This document shows positions 17,492-26,645 of a DNA stretch of 64,000 bases, in pieces. The DNA is from Minisyncoccota bacterium. Lineage in GTDB: Bacteria > Patescibacteriota > Minisyncoccia > Phycocordibacterales > SW-6-46-9. The stretch is taken from NCBI GenBank assembly GCA_040905385.1, contig JBBDRP010000002.1, positions 21,337 to 85,336 of the forward strand, given 5' to 3'. Numbering within the stretch: position 1 is the stretch's first letter; the number at the start of each line of letters is the position of its first letter. Position numbers and translations under genes: made by a program. The notes beneath the pieces were generated by a model that was not told where the DNA came from, did no database searches, and saw only the letters and a program-made list of their open reading frames with translations.

Positions 17492-17998
17492 ATGGCCTCA
17501 ATTAAGCACCCAGCCCAGCATGTGGGCGTATTTATTGATACACAGAATCTGTATCATTCAGCAAAGCATCTCTACAACGCCAAGGTAAACTTCAAAAATG
17601 TTCTTAAAGAATCAGTTGGTGATCGCCAGCTGGTCCGCGCAATCGCCTATGTAATCTCTACTGAAAGTGGGGAGGAGCAGGGATTCTTCGATGCATTGGA
17701 AAAGATCGGTATCGAAACCTGTGTAAAGGACCTGCAGATCTTCTCTGGCGGAGCCAAGAAGGCTGACTGGGATGTCGGACTGGCCGTTGACGCGATAAAA
17801 TTGGCACCACGTCTGGACACCGTAATTCTTGCGACCGGTGACGGAGACTTCACCGATCTGGTCGAGTACCTTCAGATCAACATGGGTTGTCAGGTGGAGG
17901 TGGTTTCATTCCGCCGTTCATCCTCGGCTCAGCTAATCGAGGTAGCCGACAATTTTCTGGACTTTGATGAAGCTCAGGACACCTTCTTGATTAAATAA
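17492..17998 (+). CDS. NYN domain protein (LabA/DUF88)
   Basis: VFIDTQNLY, KADWDVGLAVD, TGDGDF. Confidence 0.9.
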   Translation: MASIKHPAQHVGVFIDTQNLYHSAKHLYNAKVNFKNVLKESVGDRQLVRAIAYVISTESGEEQGFFDALEKIGIETCVKDLQIFSGGAKKADWDVGLAVDAIKLAPRLDTVILATGDGDFTDLVEYLQINMGCQVEVVSFRRSSSAQLIEVADNFLDFDEAQDTFLIK

Positions 17999-18017
17999 GT
18001 ATTCTACACAGATGTGC

Positions 18018-18046
18018 AAAAAACCGCCAATAGAGGCGGTTTTTTT
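18018..18046. terminator. Bidirectional terminator between convergent genes
   Basis: AAAAAACCGCC-AATAGA-GGCGGTTTTTTT. Confidence 0.8.
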
Positions 18047-18071
18047 ATATATCAATACTGAAACCCGAACG

Positions 18072-18329
18072 TTAGGCTGCCTTCTTCATATCTGGCTCAT
18101 CATCGTCGGATGCCTGTTCGGCTTCAGCTTCAGCGGCCTGCTGCTTTTCCTTTAGTTTCTGCAGCTTTTCCAACGTTTCCTCGTTTAGAGCCTCGCTCAG
18201 CGGATAGGTACTGTGGCCGGTGCCTTCAGCATCTTTGTAACGCTCAGGATTTCTGCTGAGGCCTTTTTCTTTATTATTTTTCTCCTCTTTGTTGTCAGGA
18301 GTTGGTGACTCAAAGTTTCCAAATTCCAT
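18072..18329 (-). CDS. Small charged hypothetical protein (MEFGNFESPTP...KKAA)
   Basis: ATG 18329 follows a TATACT -10 box. The longer track start overlaps the divergent gene. Confidence 0.65.
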   Translation of the reverse strand: MEFGNFESPTPDNKEEKNNKEKGLSRNPERYKDAEGTGHSTYPLSEALNEETLEKLQKLKEKQQAAEAEAEQASDDDEPDMKKAA

Positions 18330-18386
18330 ATTATCTGCAGTATAGCACAATTCGCTATCTGCTATAATTGCGGTAAAATTAGACCA

Positions 18387-19187
18387 ATGGAAAATACTAA
18401 CGACAACCAAACCGACGGGGCGGAAGACCGACCGACGCCGGAAGAACTGCTAGGAACCAGCCGTCAGCAGCTGGAACGACAGGGAAAGGAGGTTACCGGC
18501 GAGCTGGTGTACGAAGAGGAAGCCTCCAGTCACACCTTTTTCCAGCTGTATATTGGAATTGCTAGTATTCTACTGGTTATTCTTGGGATTGTGGCGCTGG
18601 GTATCTGGTTTTTCTCCAGCAGTGGCGAGGAGCCGTCAGAGCCCGTCTCAATCACGCCAGAACGCTTCTTTTCTATCTCTGAGCGGACGGAGATTGAGCT
18701 ACTACCCTCAACCAACATCAGCGAAGCAGTCGAAGCGGCCAGTGACCTCGGCCAGCCGACCGGTACCTTTACCCAGATTTACTTTACCCACACCACCGAA
18801 GCAGGGAAGCGACTGGCCGGGGCCGGAGAGCTAATCCGCCGACTCGGAGACGACGGCCGGTCAATCGCTGCGTATCTAGCGAATGATTTTATGTACGGCT
18901 TTTACACCACAGACGATGCGCAGCATCCGTATCTGGTGCTGCGGGTTATCGACTACGAACGCGCCTACGGCACCATGCTACAGGCAGAAGAATCGCTTGT
19001 TGACGCGCTTCGAGCGCTCGGTTTTCCACCGGTTCGCGATTTCAGTGACATTATTGTACAGAATCAGGACGTACGCGTCGCCACCGGAGGCGCCGGCCGA
19101 TCCTTTTTCTACTCATTTCCACGGGGAGATACGCTGGTTATCACCACCGACCAAGCCGTGCTGCGAGAGATATTCAGCCGGCTGTAG
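18387..19187 (+). CDS. Membrane-anchored hypothetical protein
   Basis: 266-aa ORF with one TM segment. Confidence 0.7.
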   Translation: MENTNDNQTDGAEDRPTPEELLGTSRQQLERQGKEVTGELVYEEEASSHTFFQLYIGIASILLVILGIVALGIWFFSSSGEEPSEPVSITPERFFSISERTEIELLPSTNISEAVEAASDLGQPTGTFTQIYFTHTTEAGKRLAGAGELIRRLGDDGRSIAAYLANDFMYGFYTTDDAQHPYLVLRVIDYERAYGTMLQAEESLVDALRALGFPPVRDFSDIIVQNQDVRVATGGAGRSFFYSFPRGDTLVITTDQAVLREIFSRL

Positions 19188-19229
19188 AGCAGTTGTCTGG
19201 CGGCTGGCACGTGCTACTATATACCCACT

Positions 19230-19640
19230 ATGAAAAACGATATCAACACCGATCACTACAAAAAACTTCTAGAGCAGGAGCAAAAAGAGCTTGAGGAAGA
19301 CCTCGCAACCTTGGGACAGATCAACCCAGACAATGAAAGTGACTGGGAGGTCGTAAAGGAGGATCTGAACGTGATGGATTCTGATCTTAATGAGCTAGCG
19401 GATGAGTTCGAAGAGTTCGAAGAGGACGCCGCAATTCTGAATGAGCTGGAAATCCGTCTCAATGAAGTCAGGCACGCGCTGCGAAAGATTGAAGGGAACG
19501 AGGAAGCCGGCGAGTACGGCATCTGTGAAGTCTCTGGCAAGCCTATTTCAAAAGAAAGGCTGGAGATAAACCCGGCCGCTCGTGCCGGTGCAGAAGATGC
19601 CGACAAGCTGCATCCGTTGTATCCGAATCAAGATAACTAG
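19230..19640 (+). CDS. DksA/TraR-like protein lacking three of four zinc cysteines
   Basis: Coiled coil, ALRKIE...YGICEVSGKPISKERLEINPAAR. Confidence 0.8.
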   Translation: MKNDINTDHYKKLLEQEQKELEEDLATLGQINPDNESDWEVVKEDLNVMDSDLNELADEFEEFEEDAAILNELEIRLNEVRHALRKIEGNEEAGEYGICEVSGKPISKERLEINPAARAGAEDADKLHPLYPNQDN

Positions 19641-19804
19641 CTTATAGGTTGCTAGCTTCATTAGCTTGTTAGTAAAAAGTTCCTAATTGGGGGCTTTTTT
19701 AATTTATGCTTGACATATTTTATTTCAAATGTACTATATACGCAGAAGTACACGAGTACCTACAAAAATAAAATCACGAAATAAATGACCTAAGGAGGTT
19801 ATCT

Positions 19805-20143
19805 ATGGAAACATTGCTAGATGCTATAGAAAACATTAACACCGAAATAAAGGAAGCTCTGAAGCATAAAAACTATAAGAGCGAATCTAATGAGTTCTTA
19901 GAAAAATGGTTAATGACACAAAAAAGCTACAACATTTTTGCTCATAATTTTAAGTTATTTTCCAAAAACCCTGAAAAAATACCTTTTCATGGCACTGTAG
20001 AAAACATTTTTAAGAATTCTTGGGAGGCATCCAAAAAATACTGGAAGGAATCAGAAGAATCGGCCGCTGTTATAGAATTTAAAATATTCGGAATAGCACA
20101 AAATGCGGCTATTCTCATCAATCAGCACACATCAGGTGATTGA
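19805..20143 (+). CDS. ORFan cassette protein
   Basis: TTGACA 19710 / TACTAT 19732, TAAGGAGGT SD, AT-rich, own terminator. Confidence 0.7.
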   Translation: METLLDAIENINTEIKEALKHKNYKSESNEFLEKWLMTQKSYNIFAHNFKLFSKNPEKIPFHGTVENIFKNSWEASKKYWKESEESAAVIEFKIFGIAQNAAILINQHTSGD

Positions 20144-20166
20144 TATTATTCATTGTTAATTTTTAC

Positions 20167-20202
20167 ATCCCGCCGCGTATACAACGCCGGCGGGATTTTT
20201 TT
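20167..20202 (+). terminator. Intrinsic terminator, loop TATACAA
   Basis: ATCCCGCCG/CGGCGGGAT stem plus T-tract. Confidence 0.8.
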
Positions 20203-20245
20203 ATTGCTCAAATGCTATACTGCGCATACATAAACCACAAAATAT

Positions 20246-21460
20246 ATGTATGAACCTAGCGAGAAAATTTTAGAGAGTTATGCCGATGTGCTGGTGAACT
20301 TTGCGCTTGGTAATGGGCAGGGGATTGCACCGGGAGATGTCGTATACCTGCAGGTTCCCGAAGCAGCCAAGCCGCTTTTTGTCGCCCTTTATAAGGCAAT
20401 TACCAAGGCAGACGGTCATGTCATCAGCCACTACACACCCTGCGTCGATGAGACACATAACCACAAACGTGATTTCTACGAGCATGCTAGCGACGAGCAG
20501 CTCGATCACTTTCCGGAGGGATACTATCGCGGGATAATTGACGAAGCCGACCATATGCTAAAGATCATTGCCGAGACTGATAAGCAGGCGCTAAAAGGAA
20601 TTGATTCCAAAAAGCTCATGAAGCGTGGTAAGGCTAAGCGTCCTTTCTTGGACTGGCGACTTGAAGAGGAGGGGAAGGGCAACCTCAGCTGGACAATTGC
20701 TGCCTACGCCACCCAGGCAGCCGCTGACGAGGCCAACCTAACGCTGGAGGAGTACTGGCAGGAGATCATTCATGCCTGCTACCTGGACATGGACGACCCA
20801 ATCGAGCAGTGGAAGAAAACCGAAGAGAAGATTCAGGCTATTATCGGCAAGCTGAACAATTTAGAAATCCAGACAATCCATATTGAGTCAGAGAATATAG
20901 ATCTGCATGTCAAGATTGGCGACAGGCGCCGGTGGGAAGGTGGTGGTGGCTCCAACATTCCGTCGTATGAGATCTTTACCTCACCCGACTGGCGCGGCAC
21001 CGAGGGAACCATTGCCTTCAACCAGCCACTGTATCGCTACGGCAACCTGATTAAAGGTATCAAGCTTACATTCGAGGAAGGGAAGGTGGTCGAGGCGAGC
21101 GCCGAGGAGAATGAACAGGTCTTGCGCGATATGATCGCCACCGACGGGGCGGACAAGGTCGGTGAGTTTTCGCTGACAGATCGTCGCTTCTCGCGGATAG
21201 GTAAGTTTATGGCCGAGACACTTTTCGATGAGAATACCGGTGCCGAACACGGCAACACCCACATCGCCCTCGGCCAGTCCTACAAAAGCTGTCTGGACGG
21301 CGATGAAAGCGAGTTGAGTGATGAAGACTGGGGGGAGCTGGGCTTTAACAACTCATCGGTTCATACCGATATCATCTCAACCGAGCCGAGAGTTGCCACC
21401 GCCACACTAAAGGACGGGTCAGAGGTGGTTATTTATAAAAACGGTGAATTTTGTATCTAA
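20246..21460 (+). CDS. M29 family aminopeptidase (AmpS/PepS type)
   Basis: NIPSYEIFTSP, GEFSL, LFDEN, HIALG, NNSSVHTDI. Confidence 0.92.
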   Translation: MYEPSEKILESYADVLVNFALGNGQGIAPGDVVYLQVPEAAKPLFVALYKAITKADGHVISHYTPCVDETHNHKRDFYEHASDEQLDHFPEGYYRGIIDEADHMLKIIAETDKQALKGIDSKKLMKRGKAKRPFLDWRLEEEGKGNLSWTIAAYATQAAADEANLTLEEYWQEIIHACYLDMDDPIEQWKKTEEKIQAIIGKLNNLEIQTIHIESENIDLHVKIGDRRRWEGGGGSNIPSYEIFTSPDWRGTEGTIAFNQPLYRYGNLIKGIKLTFEEGKVVEASAEENEQVLRDMIATDGADKVGEFSLTDRRFSRIGKFMAETLFDENTGAEHGNTHIALGQSYKSCLDGDESELSDEDWGELGFNNSSVHTDIISTEPRVATATLKDGSEVVIYKNGEFCI

Positions 21461-21600
21461 AACAGACAGTGATCTGCGAAAATACGTGCCTCATTGATTC
21501 GTTTGATTTGGTGGTTAAATAGAAGCAATAGAACGTGTAACGTGTAGCTTATATCACTGTAAAAAGTGCCTAACTTAAGTGCTTTTATGTTATTTTATCA

Positions 21601-21747
21601 TCAAACGGAGTGAGCGATATGAACACTTGTATTTATATCCGAGCGGAGTGCAGATAGACAAATAAATAATCGTACTTTAGGCATAGCCTCAAAGTACGAA
21701 AGAGGCTGTAGACTCTTCATGAGTAATCTTTGATTATTTATTTGACA
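21601..21747 (+). repeat. Dispersed repeat family C, copy 2 (ends in a -35 box)
   Basis: 67/69 nt identical to reverse complement of 26188-26256. IR CAAATAAATAATC/GATTATTTATTTG ending in TTGACA 21742. Confidence 0.9.
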
Positions 21748-21825
21748 GAATATTTTTATAAATGTATTATAATAGTTAGAAATCGAGCAGTTTTTAAAAT
21801 AGAATACCAACCAAACCCGAACGAA

Positions 21826-22701
21826 ATGAAACGACTAAAAACTACCGTAACCCTGGTACTCATTGGAATGCTGGCAACGTTTTTTGTTGAGCAGGTTAAA
21901 GCTCAACCAAACCGAGTAATCAACCTTAATGATTCGACTCTTATCGTTGCCCACAACAACACAATCGCCAGGGCAGGTGTTGAAGACTGGGCAGCCATAG
22001 CAACAGAGAGATCACTTTTAGAACTTTCTAATTCTGAAATTATCGAACTTTTTCAGACCCGTAAGGTGACCCAAAAAGGTTCATGGACACACCGCATTGA
22101 GAAAGAGCTATTGCCTGTATTGCGTGGAAATGAGATGGATGTATTCACTCACTGGGAAATCACTAATGGTTTTCTTGAGACAAGAAATGAAGACGTTATC
22201 ACTGCAAAAAATCAGGTAAACAAGCCGGGAACCATCGCCTTCTGGCTTGGTCTTTTATCTGGAGCATTGATGATATTTTTTCTTCTTATACCACCAAGAC
22301 AAGAAGTGAGTGGGTATAAAATTAGAAGGATATACGCATCTGTAAGCCTGACGCATATTACGTCATTAGCTGGTCTTGCCGGCCTTGGAAGGCTGTATGA
22401 AGTATTTCCATCTCAGTTGATGTCAATTGGAATTACCTTAGGCTTTCTTGGCATGATGTTCGTTTCATCTCTACCTATCGTATCTGCAAGTGATAAGCTA
22501 AAACGAGGCGCTGGCTTGGTAGTAACGAGTTTAGGATTATTTACTTTTCTTGGACTCGTTATTCTGGCAGTTCCAGGCAAACTCAGCTTAGCAGTCTTGG
22601 TATTGGCGGGATTATTATTTTTCGCTGGTTATCTTGTTACTGAAGCAGTAATAGCATTTACACCGGAAGAAAGAGAAAAGGCTTTAGCTGAAACTCATTA
22701 A
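21826..22701 (+). CDS. ORFan multi-pass membrane protein with signal peptide
   Basis: MKRLKTTVTLVLIGMLATFFVEQVKA|QP signal peptide, ~5 TMs. TTGACA-17-TATTAT promoter. Confidence 0.7.
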   Translation: MKRLKTTVTLVLIGMLATFFVEQVKAQPNRVINLNDSTLIVAHNNTIARAGVEDWAAIATERSLLELSNSEIIELFQTRKVTQKGSWTHRIEKELLPVLRGNEMDVFTHWEITNGFLETRNEDVITAKNQVNKPGTIAFWLGLLSGALMIFFLLIPPRQEVSGYKIRRIYASVSLTHITSLAGLAGLGRLYEVFPSQLMSIGITLGFLGMMFVSSLPIVSASDKLKRGAGLVVTSLGLFTFLGLVILAVPGKLSLAVLVLAGLLFFAGYLVTEAVIAFTPEEREKALAETH

Positions 22702-22856
22702 AATATTAATCAAAGTATACGGACCACATTCGCAAACGCGGATGTGGTCTTTCTTATGGATAAACCCACCTGCGCAGACAACTCCTTACTAGAAGCGCAA
22801 GGAGTCGCCGACATTCTTGGCAATAGTGTTTTTTGCTAACAAATACCTAGTAGGAA

Positions 22857-23690
22857 TTACTCACCAAAGTAATTATCTGTCGAGTTATCAGATTCAGCTT
22901 CCGGGAGTTTAGCACCATCAATCGGCCGCAGTGTGGCAGCAATCACCTCCGCTACCTCCTGCGCATTACCTGAATCTAAATCCTGCATGGAAAGACCGTA
23001 CCAGTTGTTATGCGTCCATACCTGAAGTAGTGACTCACCTTGTGGGCTACTAGACCAAAAACCTTCAGCGTAGTCAGTCTGGAAGTGGTAAACCTGGGCG
23101 GTAGAAGAAAGCATATTTCCAGCCTTCAGAATAATAGCGTAAGCCCGCAGCTGGGCTTCTTCTGATGTCGCGGCAGCCGCCACATCATCCGGTGTTACAG
23201 AGAAAACGTACTTCATCATCTCGTATTCACTAAAACCTTCTCCAAGCTTATCCGTAAAAAGCTCCAGTGAGGAGGCCTGTCCTGGCAGCTGATCTTCGTC
23301 CATCTCCATAAGAAAATCCTGCGAAGTCTCGTAATCATCAGCATCTCGAGAACTACTCATAATCACCATTTCCTGACCATTCGGAAACTCTAGCATAGCA
23401 GCTGTTTCACGATCATCCGTTACCTCACCAGCACCCCACGGCGTTGCAAAGAAGATGCCCACGGCTTCGGTACGCGGATACTCATCCTGAACAGTAGACA
23501 AATCAAGCTCCTTCAGCTCGTAGTGAAGAGCTCGTTGATTTTCCTCTGAACGTTCCTGCATAATTTGCTGTATCTCCGCAGCCGCTGCGTCTATTTGTGA
23601 CTGCGAAGAATTACCGAAAAAGTACCACCCGGCGCCAGCTACTACCACGAGAATGATTACCGAGATTGTTACTGTGATTGTTTTATTCAT
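22857..23690 (-). CDS. Membrane-anchored acidic hypothetical protein
   Basis: N-terminal TM. ATG 23690 follows TAAGCT. Confidence 0.7.
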   Translation of the reverse strand: MNKTITVTISVIILVVVAGAGWYFFGNSSQSQIDAAAAEIQQIMQERSEENQRALHYELKELDLSTVQDEYPRTEAVGIFFATPWGAGEVTDDRETAAMLEFPNGQEMVIMSSSRDADDYETSQDFLMEMDEDQLPGQASSLELFTDKLGEGFSEYEMMKYVFSVTPDDVAAAATSEEAQLRAYAIILKAGNMLSSTAQVYHFQTDYAEGFWSSSPQGESLLQVWTHNNWYGLSMQDLDSGNAQEVAEVIAATLRPIDGAKLPEAESDNSTDNYFGE

Positions 23691-23815
23691 ATACATCTAG
23701 CTTAGCATGCAGAACTTGATTCATGCGCAAGATAGGGGCTTTACGCGTTTGTTGTATATCTTACGCTACACGTTACACGTTTTGCGATATGCGCTACATG
23801 CTACACTAAATACTA

Positions 23816-25381
23816 ATGACGAAGGGTGGCGACAACGAGACGCCGGACATAAAGGGCTTTGCAACGGTCAAAGCCGCCCAGACCTCCATGCTCCAGACGC
23901 AGACGATTGATATCGAGGTTGATATCCTGCGTGGACTGCACTCCTTTACCGTCGTTGGCCTGGCCGGCAAAGCAGTAGATGAGTCTCGCGACCGTGTCTC
24001 GGCTGCGATTAAGAACGCTGGGTTTGAGACCCCGAAAAAGAAGAATCAGAAGGTCGTCATCGCCCTGGCACCGGCCGATATCAAGAAAAGCGGGCCGGTT
24101 TTTGACCTCGCCATCGCCATCTGCTACCTGCTGGCCGACCGGCAGATCAAGGCTGACCTAGCCGATACACTCCTCTTGGGTGAGCTGTCGCTGGACGGCA
24201 AGCTGCGGCCGATCAATGGTGTGCTACCACTAACCCAGCACGCTAAAGAGGAAGGTTTCACCAGTGTTGTGGTTCCCCGAGCCAATGCCGAGGAGGCAGC
24301 ACTGATCGACGGGATTGATGTCCTGGCTGCCGAGACGCTGAAAGAAGTAATTGACCACGTCGATAGTGAGAAAGCGGCAAAAATACAGCCAGAGCCTCCC
24401 ACCGAGATAGAGCACGAGGCGCCGAAACATGCGGTCGACTTTGCTGATGTGCGCGGCAACCAGACGGCCAAGCGGGGGTTGGAGATTGCAGCAGCCGGCG
24501 GGCACAACATCCTGCTTTTTGGACCACCCGGGACAGGGAAGACGATGCTGGCCCGTGCCTTCTCCTCGATCCTGCCACCGCTGGAGACCGAGGCGGCGCT
24601 GGAAGTGACCGGGATCCACTCGGCAGCTGGTGAGACAGATAAAACACTGATTACGCATCCACCATACCGAGCGCCGCATCATACGGCCAGCTACGTCGCA
24701 GTGGCCGGTGGTGGCACCGTTCCCAAGCCTGGGGAGGTAACGCTGGCCCATCGCGGCGTACTTTTCCTGGATGAGTTTCCAGAGTTCTCTCGCCGTGTTA
24801 TCGAGGCGCTACGCCAGCCGCTGGAGGACAAGTTGGTGCGAATTACTCGTTCACGAGCCAAGGCTGAGTTTCCGGCCAACTTTATCCTCTTGGCGGCGAT
24901 GAACCCGTGCCCGTGCGGTAACTTCGGCTCGGAGGGCAAGGAGTGCACCTGCAGCCCACAAGCCCGCGAGAAGTATAAGCGCAAGATCAGCGGCCCGATT
25001 CTAGACCGGATTGATATGTGGATCGAGGTTGCCGAGGTCGAGCACGAGAAGCTGGCCGAGGCAGCCGACGGCGAACCGAGCGAGGCTGTTCGCCAACGTG
25101 TGCAAGCTGCTCGCGACCAGCAGTCAAGCCGATTCAGCAACGCTGGCGCCAGCACCAACAGCGACATGACCGCTGCTGACATCGACGAATACATTGATTT
25201 AGATAAAAAGACAAAGAAGCTCTTGACCCAGTCGGCCCAGAAGCTGGATCTCTCTGCCCGCGGGCATCACAAGGCGGTCAAGCTAGCCCGCACCATCGCC
25301 GACCTGGATGATAGTAACAACATTACCCAGGAGCACCTGCTGGAGGCCCTGCAGTACCGACCGAAGAGCTGGAGCGCGTAG
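23816..25381 (+). CDS. comM: YifB/ComM Mg-chelatase-like AAA+ ATPase
   Basis: ESRDRV, GELSLDG, GPPGTGKTMLA, PHHTAS, GEVTLAHRGVLFLDEFPEF, AAMNPCPCG. Confidence 0.95.
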   Translation: MTKGGDNETPDIKGFATVKAAQTSMLQTQTIDIEVDILRGLHSFTVVGLAGKAVDESRDRVSAAIKNAGFETPKKKNQKVVIALAPADIKKSGPVFDLAIAICYLLADRQIKADLADTLLLGELSLDGKLRPINGVLPLTQHAKEEGFTSVVVPRANAEEAALIDGIDVLAAETLKEVIDHVDSEKAAKIQPEPPTEIEHEAPKHAVDFADVRGNQTAKRGLEIAAAGGHNILLFGPPGTGKTMLARAFSSILPPLETEAALEVTGIHSAAGETDKTLITHPPYRAPHHTASYVAVAGGGTVPKPGEVTLAHRGVLFLDEFPEFSRRVIEALRQPLEDKLVRITRSRAKAEFPANFILLAAMNPCPCGNFGSEGKECTCSPQAREKYKRKISGPILDRIDMWIEVAEVEHEKLAEAADGEPSEAVRQRVQAARDQQSSRFSNAGASTNSDMTAADIDEYIDLDKKTKKLLTQSAQKLDLSARGHHKAVKLARTIADLDDSNNITQEHLLEALQYRPKSWSA

Positions 25382-25468
25382 AAAATTACTAATTTGTAGT
25401 ATCCAGCAAAAAAAGACCAAGCTGGGAAATCCAGTCGGTCTTATGGATTAGTGTTTTGATCAAGCTGA

Positions 25469-25597
25469 TCAGATTAACCAGACAAGATATATAAAACAAA
25501 TTATAATAATACATACCGAAAAAAACACGGTATAGGCCAGATAATTAGGATGGCGTGGTTTCATTTCTGGATGCTCGTACTTTTTTTCTTCTTTCAT
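25469..25597 (-). CDS. 42-aa membrane peptide, second gene of an ORFan cassette
   Basis: MKEEKKYEHPEMKPRHPNYLAYTVFFSVCIIIICFIYLVWLI with AGGAG SD. Below the ORF-track cutoff. Confidence 0.55.
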   Translation of the reverse strand: MKEEKKYEHPEMKPRHPNYLAYTVFFSVCIIIICFIYLVWLI

Positions 25598-25628
25598 TCT
25601 TCTCCTTTCTTTTCGTTTCTGTTTTAAT

Positions 25629-26048
25629 TTAGTTTCCCATCACGAATTCGACAGACAGGCTATCGTGTTCCTCTGTTCCCGTGTAAGCAACGATCTTTAC
25701 GTCAAGAAGAAAATCTTCATTTGTGTAATAGCGCTTTACGGATATTCTGCCAATTTTCTCAGCTACAAATTGTAGGCTATCAGTCCAGAGAATGATTTCC
25801 ATCTCTTCTTTGTCCCGGTCAATAATTGATCGTTCCGGAGCGTTGATAATGAGATTTTGCACAGAATCTATGTGAGAGATTTGCTTTTCGGTTAGTTCAG
25901 TATCAGTGGTTGATCCAGAGAATATGTAAAATATCCCAGATAACACCACGATAACAAGGATTGCAAATATAACTGGTGCTGGTGAATTGTGTGAGATTGG
26001 GTATATTTCTGAGTCAGCAGTTGGGCGGTTCATTCCAAAATTTGGCAT
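25629..26048 (-). CDS. ORFan membrane-anchored protein
   Basis: AGGTGA SD before ATG 26048. TTGACA(26130)-17-TACTAT promoter. One TM. Confidence 0.65.
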   Translation of the reverse strand: MPNFGMNRPTADSEIYPISHNSPAPVIFAILVIVVLSGIFYIFSGSTTDTELTEKQISHIDSVQNLIINAPERSIIDRDKEEMEIILWTDSLQFVAEKIGRISVKRYYTNEDFLLDVKIVAYTGTEEHDSLSVEFVMGN

Positions 26049-26124
26049 TTTGATCACCTATGTTTTTTGTTCGTATTTTTGTTAGGGTGCTTCTGGGTAT
26101 TATAGTACTGGTATAAAAGTATTT

Positions 26125-26328
26125 TGTCAAACAAATAAGGAGGCTGGCCTTGAGAGTCAAAGACTCTTACATCCGCACGGCGGATGTTTATTTGTTTGTC
26201 TATCTGCACTCCGTTCGGATATAAATACAAGTGTTCATATCGCTCACTCCGTTTGAAGAGTAGATTGGGAATCTACCTACCTTCACTTCGTTCGGACATG
26301 CAAATATATTCGCATGTCGCTCACTCCG
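26125..26328 (-). repeat. Dispersed repeat family C, copy 3 (two tandem CGGAGTGAGC-hairpin-CGAACGRAGTG units)
   Basis: Near-identical to 21601 copy. Terminates in TTGACA of the ORFan promoter. Confidence 0.9.
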
Positions 26329-26645
26329 ATTGGTAGTCAAGTACTTTCTTCTTAAGGTAATTTTATATATTAAATATTAACGGGGCGAAGGTTGTAATTT
26401 TGCTAGCCTTATATTAATAAAACCCATCGCCACGTCTGACGTGGTGATGGGCGGCTTTCTTTGGTTAAATTGCTTATCTGGCTAAATATTAATAAACCCA
26501 ACGAATCAATGAGGTACAGATGTTAGCACTTCACTGCCTGCTATAGATAGCTTAATAACAAAAGCCGCCGTCGCGGAGACGGTGGCTTTCCCGAAGCACT
26601 CAAGTGCGCTCAAATGTATAAGTATTAAAAAATGTGGTAGATATC

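Noticed and set aside
6424-26328. Integron attC cassette array
   Set aside because: No RYYYAAC..GTTRRRY boundaries, cassettes are dispersed with their own promoters, and no intI is present.
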